The notes below the pieces were generated by a model, which did not search any database, had not been told where the DNA came from, and was given only the letters and a program-made list of their open reading frames with translations. Position numbers and translations under genes: made by a program. From an uncultured Clostridia bacterium (GTDB taxonomy: Bacteria; Bacillota; Clostridia; Oscillospirales; Oscillospiraceae): 13,091 nucleotides of DNA. Position 1 is the first letter of the stretch, and the number at the start of each line of letters is the position of its first letter. Of the stretch, positions 7,018 to 13,091 are shown piece after piece. The stretch covers positions 1 through 13,091 of the forward strand of contig CAMDZY010000030.1 of the NCBI GenBank assembly GCA_945910975.1, written 5' to 3'.

Positions 7018-7033
7018 GTTAGCATATGCTAAT
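7018..7033. promoter_or_regulatory. Operator-like palindrome 2 in the feo leader
   Basis: GTTAGCATATGCTAAT. The inner TTAGCATATGCTAA (7019..7032) is a perfect 14-bp palindrome. Its centre is 35 bp from the centre of repeat 1. Confidence 0.5.
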
Positions 7034-7056
7034 TGTGTGCAAAGAAGGTGAAAAAA

Positions 7057-7269
7057 ATGATGCCGCTTACATTTGCAGAGGCCGGCACACAATATGTTGT
7101 GAAAAAGATCGGCGGGAAGCCGGAGGTTCGGCAGCACCTGGAAAACTTAGGCTTTGTGGTCGGTTCGGGCGTGTGCGTGATAAGCACACTTGCGGGAAAC
7201 GTGATTGTAAAAGTGAAAGAATCCCGTGTTGCCATCAGCCGGGAAATGGCACAGAAAATTATGATTTAA
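7057..7269 (+). CDS. feoA: FeoA-family small protein (first copy)
   Basis: MMPLTFAEAGTQYVVKKIGGKPEVRQHLENLGFVVGSGVCVISTLAGNVIVKVKESRVAISREMAQKIMI has the FeoA SH3-like pattern (L..a..G....V..I.G....R..L..LGf..G..v.v......g...v.v...r.ai....A..I.v). GAAGGTGA lies 6 nt upstream of the ATG at 7057. The track's TTG at 7033 lies inside palindrome 2 and has no RBS. Confidence 0.88.
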   Translation: MMPLTFAEAGTQYVVKKIGGKPEVRQHLENLGFVVGSGVCVISTLAGNVIVKVKESRVAISREMAQKIMI

Positions 7270-7282
7270 GGAGAGAAACGAT

Positions 7283-7504
7283 ATGAAAACACTCAGACAG
7301 GTGAAAATCGGCGAAACCGTCAAGGTCGTAAAGCTCCACGGCGAAGGCGCAGTGAAACGCCGCATTATGGATATGGGCATTACGCGGGGCGTGGCGCTAT
7401 CCGTTCGGAAAGTTGCCCCACTGGGCGACCCGGTGGAAGTGACGGTGCGCGGCTATGAATTGTCCATTCGCAAGGCGGACGCAGATATGATCGAGGTTGA
7501 ATAG
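7283..7504 (+). CDS. feoA: FeoA-family small protein (second copy)
   Basis: MKTLRQVKIGETVKVVKLHGEGAVKRRIMDMGITRGVALSVRKVAPLGDPVEVTVRGYELSIRKADADMIEVE is a near-textbook FeoA sequence. An AAGGAGAG RBS lies 6 nt upstream. Confidence 0.92.
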   Translation: MKTLRQVKIGETVKVVKLHGEGAVKRRIMDMGITRGVALSVRKVAPLGDPVEVTVRGYELSIRKADADMIEVE

Positions 7505-7564
7505 ACTGCATACATCTTTCATTGCAATTTGTGGGGCTGCTTGCCCCTAAAAAAATGATTTTAA

Positions 7565-7580
7565 GTTAGCATACGCTAAC
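7565..7580. promoter_or_regulatory. Operator-like palindrome 3, between feoA2 and feoB
   Basis: GTTAGCATACGCTAAC has 6-bp perfect arms and the same core as sites 1 and 2. It ends 2 nt before the feoB RBS GGAAGGAGAG. Confidence 0.45.
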
Positions 7581-7598
7581 AGGAAGGAGAGAAACAAC

Positions 7599-10082
7599 AT
7601 GAATTTGCGCATTGCGCTTGCGGGCAACCCCAACAGCGGCAAGACAACGCTGTTCAACGCCCTGACCGGCTCGAACCAGTTTGTGGGCAACTGGCCGGGC
7701 GTGACCGTGGAAAAAAAGGAGGGAAAGCTAAAGGGACACAGTGATGTGACGATCACGGATCTTCCCGGCATCTATTCCCTCTCGCCGTACACGCTGGAGG
7801 AAGTTGTTGCACGAAATTATTTGATTGGCACGCGGCCTGATGCGATTTTAAACATCATCGACGGCACCAATCTGGAACGAAACCTCTACCTTACCACCCA
7901 GCTGACGGAGTTGGGGATTCCGGTCGTGGTCGCCATCAACATGATGGACGTGGTTCGCAAAAACGGCGATATAATTCGCATCAAGGAGCTGTCCGATGCA
8001 CTGGGCTGCACGGTGGTGGAAATTTCCGCACTCAAAGGCGAAGGCGTGAAGGCAGCAGCTGAAGCAGCCATCACGGCAGCACAGAGCGGGAAAACCGTGC
8101 CGATGCACACCTTTTCCGGCGCAGTAGAGCACGCCATTGCACACATTGAGGAAGCGGCCGTGCACAGTCTGCCAGAGGAGCAGCAGCGCTGGTATGCCAT
8201 CAAAATTTTTGAACGGGATGACAAGGTGTGCAAGCAGCTGAACCTGCCGCAGGATATTGGGGCGCATATTGAGCAGGACATTCAGGCTGCGGAAAAAGAG
8301 CTGGATGATGACGCAGAGTCCATTATCACAAACGAGCGTTACATCTATGTTGGCAGTGTCATTCAGCAGTGCTACAAGAAGCGTGCGTCGGGCAAGTTAT
8401 CCACATCGGACAAAATCGACAAAGTTGTCACCAATCGGTGGTTGGGTCTACCCATCTTTGCGGCGGTGATGTTCTTGGTGTACTACATTTCCATGGTAAG
8501 CGTGGGTGCATTTGCCACAGACTGGGCAAACGACGGTCTGTTCGGCGATGGCTGGCATCTGCTTGGCATCGGCACCGGCGCGTATGAAGAAGCCAGCGAC
8601 ACCTACACCGCCGCCATGCAGGCGGTAGAAGCGTTCCATCCAATTGACTTGGAAGCGGAAGACTTTGACGCGGCTGCTACGCTGAATGCGCTCCGCACCT
8701 TTACGCCCACCTCCGAGAGCGCGCCTGTCGCAGTCGAGGATGAGGAAACGCTGGCGGTCAGTACCATGACGGCTTACTACGATACCATTCCCGACGGTGC
8801 AGAGGAGGACACAACGGTTGCCCTCAGCTATGTAGACGCGGTGTCATATTTGGATGCGCACGGCTTTGATGCACCTGACCCCGCCGAGTATGGCGTCTGG
8901 GTGCCCGGTATTCCGGTTCTGGTCGGGAATCTGCTGGAAAAGGCGCACGCGGCCGATTGGCTCAGCGGTTTGATCCTGGACGGCATTGTGGCAGGCGTCG
9001 GCGCGGTGCTTGGGTTTGTACCGCAGATGCTGGTGCTGTTTTTGCTGCTGGCATTTTTGGAAGCCTGCGGCTATATGGCGCGCATCGCCTTTGTGTTGGA
9101 CAGAGTGTTCCGCAGATTTGGTCTTTCCGGCAAATCGTTCATCCCCATGCTCATCGGAACCGGCTGCGGCGTGCCCGGTATTATGGCATCGCGTACCATC
9201 GAAAACGAACGCGACCGCCGCATGACAATTATGACCACGACCTTTATTCCCTGCGGCGCGAAAGTTCCGTTCATCTCCATGATTGCCGGCGCGCTGTTCG
9301 GCGGCAGCGCATGGGTTGCGACCTCGGCGTACTTTATTGGCATGGCGGCAATTATCGTGTCCGGCATCATGCTAAAAAAGGCAAAGCCGTTCACAGGCGA
9401 ACCGGCGCCGTTTGTCATGGAACTGCCCGCCTACCACCTGCCTACCGTTCGCAACGTTCTGCGCAGTATGTGGGAGCGCGGTTGGAGCTTCATCAAAAAA
9501 GCCGGCACGATCATCCTGCTTTCCACGATTTTTGTCTGGTTTGCTACATACTTTGGCGTAGTAGGGGGCACCTTCCGTATGCTGTCGGAGGAAGAAATTG
9601 ACCACTCCATTCTCGCCGCCATTGGCAGCGTCCTCGCCTGGATTTTCAAGCCCCTCGGCTGGGGCACCTGGCAGGCCAGCGTGGCATCCATTACGGGCTT
9701 GATTGCCAAAGAAAACATCGTCGGCACGCTTGGCATTCTCTACAGCGGCAGCGGCACGGTCTATCAAAATTTGGCTGCGGCATTCACCGGCATTACTGCC
9801 TATTCGTTTTTGACATTTAACCTGTTGTGTGCGCCCTGCTTTGCTGCCATCGGCGCAATCAAGCGCGAGATGAACAGCGCAAAGTGGACATGGTTTGCCA
9901 TCGCCTATCAGTGCGGCTTTGCCTATGCCATTGCCCTGATGATCAACCAGTTTGGCAATGCATTTGCCGGAAATTTGAACGGAATCGGCCTGATTGCCGC
10001 AATTTTGCTGCTTGTATGGATGCTTTATATGCTGTTCCGACCGGATCGAAGCATCATCAAACATTCCTTGCGTAAGGCATAA
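7599..10082 (+). CDS. feoB: Ferrous iron transporter FeoB (N-terminal GTPase + helical domain + polytopic permease)
   Basis: G1 is GNPNSGKTT, G2/switch I is GVTVEKKEG, G3 is DLPG and G4 is NMMD. Permease signatures are present: GIVAGVGAVLGFVPQM, EACGYMARIAFVLDRVFRRFGLSGKSFIPMLIGTGCGVPGIMASRT and TFNLLCAPCFAAIGAIKRE. At 827 aa it is long for the family because of an insertion after TM1 (see findings). Confidence 0.97.
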   Translation: MNLRIALAGNPNSGKTTLFNALTGSNQFVGNWPGVTVEKKEGKLKGHSDVTITDLPGIYSLSPYTLEEVVARNYLIGTRPDAILNIIDGTNLERNLYLTTQLTELGIPVVVAINMMDVVRKNGDIIRIKELSDALGCTVVEISALKGEGVKAAAEAAITAAQSGKTVPMHTFSGAVEHAIAHIEEAAVHSLPEEQQRWYAIKIFERDDKVCKQLNLPQDIGAHIEQDIQAAEKELDDDAESIITNERYIYVGSVIQQCYKKRASGKLSTSDKIDKVVTNRWLGLPIFAAVMFLVYYISMVSVGAFATDWANDGLFGDGWHLLGIGTGAYEEASDTYTAAMQAVEAFHPIDLEAEDFDAAATLNALRTFTPTSESAPVAVEDEETLAVSTMTAYYDTIPDGAEEDTTVALSYVDAVSYLDAHGFDAPDPAEYGVWVPGIPVLVGNLLEKAHAADWLSGLILDGIVAGVGAVLGFVPQMLVLFLLLAFLEACGYMARIAFVLDRVFRRFGLSGKSFIPMLIGTGCGVPGIMASRTIENERDRRMTIMTTTFIPCGAKVPFISMIAGALFGGSAWVATSAYFIGMAAIIVSGIMLKKAKPFTGEPAPFVMELPAYHLPTVRNVLRSMWERGWSFIKKAGTIILLSTIFVWFATYFGVVGGTFRMLSEEEIDHSILAAIGSVLAWIFKPLGWGTWQASVASITGLIAKENIVGTLGILYSGSGTVYQNLAAAFTGITAYSFLTFNLLCAPCFAAIGAIKREMNSAKWTWFAIAYQCGFAYAIALMINQFGNAFAGNLNGIGLIAAILLLVWMLYMLFRPDRSIIKHSLRKA

Positions 10083-10093
10083 AGGGGGGCACT

Positions 10094-10267
10094 ATGCTAC
10101 ACTGGATCCATGTAAATCTTGGAAGCATCCTCATCGTTCTGCTTCTGCTCGCGGTGGTGGGAGGAATCGTAAGAAGTCTTATTTGCAGAAAAAAGCCGGG
10201 CAGATGCTCCTGTAACTGTGCAAACTGTGCCATGCACGGTACCTGCCACACTGCAAAGCAATCGTAA
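10094..10267 (+). CDS. FeoB-associated Cys-rich membrane peptide (57 aa), below the ORF-track length cutoff
   Basis: MLHWIHVNLGSILIVLLLLAVVGGIVRSLICRKKPGRCSCNCANCAMHGTCHTAKQS has one N-terminal TM helix, a basic stretch and then a Cys cluster (C31, C38, C40, C42, C45, C51). AAGGGGGG lies 5 nt upstream of the ATG, and the gene starts 11 nt after the feoB stop. The architecture matches the small Cys-rich proteins commonly found directly after feoB in anaerobes (Pfam FeoB_associated, as I recall it). Confidence 0.8.
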   Translation: MLHWIHVNLGSILIVLLLLAVVGGIVRSLICRKKPGRCSCNCANCAMHGTCHTAKQS

Positions 10268-10279
10268 GCCATAGCAAAG

Positions 10280-10326
10280 CACCGGCACAGCCCATAACGG
10301 GTTGCGCCGGTGTTTCGATTTATTTT
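10280..10326. terminator. Rho-independent terminator of the feo operon, shared with the convergent SLH gene
   Basis: CACCGGC (10280..10286) and GCCGGTG (10306..10312) form the stem, with an inner CCC/GGG pair. On the plus strand it is followed by TTTCGATTTATTTT. In the minus orientation the same stem is followed only by CTTTGCTAT, so it is weaker in that direction. Confidence 0.65.
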
Positions 10327-13091
10327 GCGGTGCTTTGTGCGAAGTTCATCAAAATCTGTGCGACCTGCGCGCGGGTGGCATTTCCCTTGGGGTTGAGGTA
10401 GACGGTATCTGCTTCTTTGGTTCCGGAGATGAAGCCGTTGCCGACTGCCCATGAAACACTTTTTTTGGCATAAGGGGAAACGGCATCTGCATCCGGAAAC
10501 GCGGTCAAGTCGGCTTCTGCGGTCAAATCCAAGTGGATGGAAGCCGCGTAGCGGTAGAGGAATGCCGCGACCTGTTCGCGTGTTACATTCCCTGTCGGGT
10601 TAAAATGCGTTGCGTCCATTCCGGCCACGATGCTGTTTTGGGCTGCCCATGTGACGGCCTTGGCATAGTAGGTTGTTGCTTTCACATCCACAAAGGGATT
10701 CTCTGCGTCAACAATCTCCTGTCCGGCCAGACGCCACAGAACCGCCACAAACATGGCGCGGGTCGTTTTACCGTTGGGATTGAAATGCGTATCGTCAATG
10801 CCGGAAAAAATGTTGTGGGTAATTGCAAAATCGATCGCATTGTGATACCACGCGCTGCGATTGACATCCACAAATTTTGCAGACGGACAAGGCAGCTTTG
10901 CCGTTTCGCCAATCTCTGTTTTGCCACAGCGATTGCAGGTATGCGTTTGCTCCCCTGCTTCATTCTCGGTTGCTTCCTTGGTGATGACCCATTCGCCCCA
11001 GTCGTGCCCCAAGGCTTCCACCTTGCGGCTTTCTGTTTTACCGCAGACAGCGCAGGTATGATTTTCTTCTCCCGCTTCTTCGCAGGTGGGGTCTTTGCTG
11101 CGGTTCCATTCGCCCCAAGTGTGGGCGATCGTGTCGATGTAGGTATCCACATAGGTATCCCCGCAGCGCGTGCAGGTGTGGGTGGTATAACCTTTTTCCG
11201 TGCAGGTGGGTTCGGTTACAGCCGCTTGATAGTCGTGTCCCAATGCCGGAATCGGCTCGGTTTTTTCCGCGCCGCAGACGGTGCAGTGCCGCTGCAATTC
11301 GCCGGGCGTTATGCAATCCGGCTCCAACGTTCTGGTGCCTGCATCCCAAGTGTGGGGCAGCTTGGCGATCGGTGTCGTGGCAAGCGTTTCGCCGCAGATG
11401 TCGCAAATCGTCGCGGTGGAGCCTTCCTGCGAGCAGGTTGGATCCACTGTAACGGTGTGCGTGCGGCCATGCTTGCAGGTCACAGTGACATCACAGACGC
11501 CGGCAAGGTACGCGTCTTGGAAATAGGTGCTGGAGCTGTAATAAATGCCGCACCAGATGCCGGAATCGGTCATCTGCCAGTCATGCGACCAGGTGTAATA
11601 GCCGCTGTCCTCCGCCTGGAAGTTCGGCGAATTGCGGTCATAGCGCAGCGTTACGCCACCTGTGCGGTCAATTTGGTAAAGCTCCGCGCAGTCGGTACTG
11701 ACCATATAGCGCCACATCCGGAAGCCACCTTGCGCTTCGGCGTAGGGCGTCCCGCCGGTATACGAAAAGCTGCCGGTGTAATCTACGACCTGATATGTAA
11801 CGGTAATATCCTGTAATACGTTATTTCTGTCGGTAATATGATCCGGCAGCTCGCTTGCATTCACTTTGTTGTGCCAGCAGCTGTTTTCCTGATCCAGTGT
11901 CCAGCTCCCTGCAACCGCAGCTTGGATGGTTTTACCGGATTCCGTCTGCACCGCCACCTTCTTGGGCAAGATGGCAGCAATTGTTTGCAGCATTTCCGGG
12001 CTGCTGTTTCTCTCGGTCAGCAGCAGGTTTTTCCAGCCGTTGGGCGATGCGCCGGTCACATAGGTATCGGCATAGTCGCGCACATCGAAAAAGTTGACCG
12101 TGTAGACAATTTTTGCATCCTTGCCGGTGGCAGTTTCGGTTAAGCCGGTGATTTCCACCTGATAGCGGTCGCCATCGGCATAGGTGTTGCCGCCGCAGTC
12201 CGGCTGCACAAAGCCGATGTTGGAGGTGCCGGTCAATTTGCCATTGGCACGGGTGCAATCATAGCTGTCGCCGGTGCCAAGATTGGTGACACGAACCGTC
12301 AAATTGTTGCTGTTTGTGCATCGGACAACCGCCGTGTTCAGCTCGACCGACCATGCAGCGGAGCGGACGGAAAGCTCATTCATGAGCATATAGCCGGGCG
12401 CAGGGTAGGCGGCAAAGGCGTTGTTGCCCCAAGAATTGTCGTAGCCTGTGATTTTGCCGATGGCAATAGAGCCGCAATAGCCATAGTCCACGCCGGTATA
12501 AGAACTGTAAAGAATCGCATTGCGGTGTCCCAGTGTATCCCACTGCCCGGTGCGCAGGTCGTAGCCTTCGTTGAGCCAACCGCTGATGGCGCCTCTCGGC
12601 GTGTAGCCCATCGCGAGAATGTTATGGCTTGCAGCGGCACCCTCGTCCCAAAGCGCTTGCTCCATGTCGGCCGGCTTGCTGTTGGGGGAAATGCTGTGGT
12701 TAAATTCCCAGTTGCGCACCAGTGCGCCCTTTTGCAAGCTGTCCTGATTTTTGGATGGAGAAGTAAACGGTCGGACGCCCACAAGCCAGCGGTAAAAATC
12801 CGTCATACCGTTCATCACGGCCTGCGTATCGTCTGCCAGCACGCCGGCAGCGTAGGGCGCGGAGAGCGAAGGCTGCACGGAATAATAGGTGGTTCGGTCA
12901 TTGTTGACATAGCCTACTCCGGCGTTGCGGGCAGCAGCGTAACGTGAACCGATTTCCTCTTTGGTGCGGCTTGCAAACGGCTCCATCGTGTTGCCGTCCA
13001 AGACGATCTTGGCGTCTGCGGCAAAAACGGTTGGCAGACAGTTCAGCAGCATCGCCAATGCCAAAATAAGTGGTAATATTCGCCTTTTCAT
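10320..13091 (-). CDS. Secreted cell-wall-anchored protein: signal peptide + CAP/SCP (YkwD-like) domain + beta-rich middle region + 5 tandem Cys/His modules + 3 SLH domains
   Basis: The ATG lies exactly at the window edge. The N-terminus MKRRILPLILALAMLLNCLPTVFA/ADA is a typical Sec signal, so the CDS looks complete. A CAP/SCP-like block spans about residues 75-215 (…ASHNILAMGY…GWLNEG…LGHRNAILYSSYTGVDYGY). The Cys modules span residues 541-735. Three SLH repeats cover residues 739-918 (FVDVNRSAWYHNAIDFAITHNIFSG…, FVDVKATTYYAKAVTWAAQNSIVAG…, FPDADAVSPYAKKSVSWAVGNGFISG…). Confidence 0.93.
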   Translation of the reverse strand: MKRRILPLILALAMLLNCLPTVFAADAKIVLDGNTMEPFASRTKEEIGSRYAAARNAGVGYVNNDRTTYYSVQPSLSAPYAAGVLADDTQAVMNGMTDFYRWLVGVRPFTSPSKNQDSLQKGALVRNWEFNHSISPNSKPADMEQALWDEGAAASHNILAMGYTPRGAISGWLNEGYDLRTGQWDTLGHRNAILYSSYTGVDYGYCGSIAIGKITGYDNSWGNNAFAAYPAPGYMLMNELSVRSAAWSVELNTAVVRCTNSNNLTVRVTNLGTGDSYDCTRANGKLTGTSNIGFVQPDCGGNTYADGDRYQVEITGLTETATGKDAKIVYTVNFFDVRDYADTYVTGASPNGWKNLLLTERNSSPEMLQTIAAILPKKVAVQTESGKTIQAAVAGSWTLDQENSCWHNKVNASELPDHITDRNNVLQDITVTYQVVDYTGSFSYTGGTPYAEAQGGFRMWRYMVSTDCAELYQIDRTGGVTLRYDRNSPNFQAEDSGYYTWSHDWQMTDSGIWCGIYYSSSTYFQDAYLAGVCDVTVTCKHGRTHTVTVDPTCSQEGSTATICDICGETLATTPIAKLPHTWDAGTRTLEPDCITPGELQRHCTVCGAEKTEPIPALGHDYQAAVTEPTCTEKGYTTHTCTRCGDTYVDTYIDTIAHTWGEWNRSKDPTCEEAGEENHTCAVCGKTESRKVEALGHDWGEWVITKEATENEAGEQTHTCNRCGKTEIGETAKLPCPSAKFVDVNRSAWYHNAIDFAITHNIFSGIDDTHFNPNGKTTRAMFVAVLWRLAGQEIVDAENPFVDVKATTYYAKAVTWAAQNSIVAGMDATHFNPTGNVTREQVAAFLYRYAASIHLDLTAEADLTAFPDADAVSPYAKKSVSWAVGNGFISGTKEADTVYLNPKGNATRAQVAQILMNFAQSTAK
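10887..11477 (-). repeat. Five tandem coding repeats of about 117 nt / 39 aa (Cys/His modules) inside the SLH protein gene
   Basis: The protein-level units are HGRTHTVTVDPTCSQEGSTATICDICGETLATTPIAKLPH; HTWDAGTRTLEPDCITPGELQRHCTVCGAEKTEPIPALGH; HDYQAAVTEPTCTEKGYTTHTCTRCGDTYVDTYIDTIAH; HTWGEWNRSKDPTCEEAGEENHTCAVCGKTESRKVEALGH; HDWGEWVITKEATENEAGEQTHTCNRCGKTEIGETAKLPC. The last unit is degenerate. The repeats are diverged at the DNA level. Confidence 0.75.

Noticed and set aside
6991-7032. A 13-codon mini-ORF (MLTTCLAHLVSIC) spanning the feo leader palindromes
   Set aside because: Its ATG and TAA are by-products of the ATGCTAA/TTAGCAT palindrome arms. There is no RBS, so I see no reason to invoke a leader peptide.
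7026-7056. Longer FeoA1 start options (track ORFs beginning at 7026 and 7033)
   Set aside because: The 7026 ORF is in another frame and overlaps feoA1. The 7033 start is a TTG inside palindrome 2 with no RBS, whereas GAAGGTGA precedes the ATG at 7057.
7533-7560. The hairpin GGGGCtgcttGCCCC followed by TAAAAAAATG, considered as a terminator between feoA2 and feoB
   Set aside because: On the plus strand the stem is only 5 bp and is followed by an A-run, not a U-run. On the minus strand the T-run precedes the stem. It is not a canonical terminator in either direction and is kept only as context for the spacer finding.
10533-11816. A 427-aa plus-strand ORF, the longest ORF in the track not called as a gene
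   Set aside because: It lies entirely antisense to the well-supported SLH/CAP gene. Its translation is Arg/Ala/Gly/Cys-rich and low in complexity, with no motifs, RBS or promoter. This is the usual shadow ORF of a GC3-rich gene.
1-13091. Mobile elements, CRISPR arrays, tRNA/rRNA genes, or a recognisable defence, toxin-antitoxin or biosynthetic cluster
   Set aside because: I found no transposase, integrase or recombinase-like ORF. There are no terminal inverted or direct DNA repeats of appreciable length, no regularly spaced short repeats and no cloverleaf-like segments. The lone UvrD-family helicase has all housekeeping motifs and no nuclease or partner genes, so it is not evidence for a defence system.

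Overview
This window looks like ordinary chromosomal DNA from a moderately GC-rich Firmicute, probably Clostridia-like; the taxon is inferred from SigA-type promoters, GGAGG ribosome-binding sites, an SLH-anchored surface protein and a Feo operon with a Cys-rich tail peptide. I see no transposase, integrase, CRISPR array, tRNA or rRNA. Left to right: (1) a minus-strand NAD-salvage unit, pncB translationally coupled to a small membrane protein that runs off the left edge. (2) A tiny minus-strand transcription unit with a clean promoter and terminator but an ambiguous reading frame. (3) A 182-aa minimal protein-kinase-like gene. (4) A membrane-anchored TPR / chitobiase-C-like / 13x leucine-rich-repeat protein. 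(5) A convergent UvrD/PcrA-family helicase. (6) A feoA-feoA-feoB operon followed by a 57-aa FeoB-associated Cys-rich membrane peptide that falls below the ORF-track cutoff. (7) A convergent 923-aa secreted CAP/SCP-domain protein with five tandem Cys/His modules and three C-terminal SLH domains. I do not see a convincing new multi-gene system. The most interesting signals are three copies of a GTTAG-N6-CTAAC palindrome in the feo operon with no regulator gene in the window, a roughly 120-aa very acidic extracytoplasmic insertion in FeoB, the extracellular CxxC/His module array, and the Bud32-sized kinase-like protein next to the extracellular LRR protein. All family assignments come from reading motifs by eye; no searches were run.
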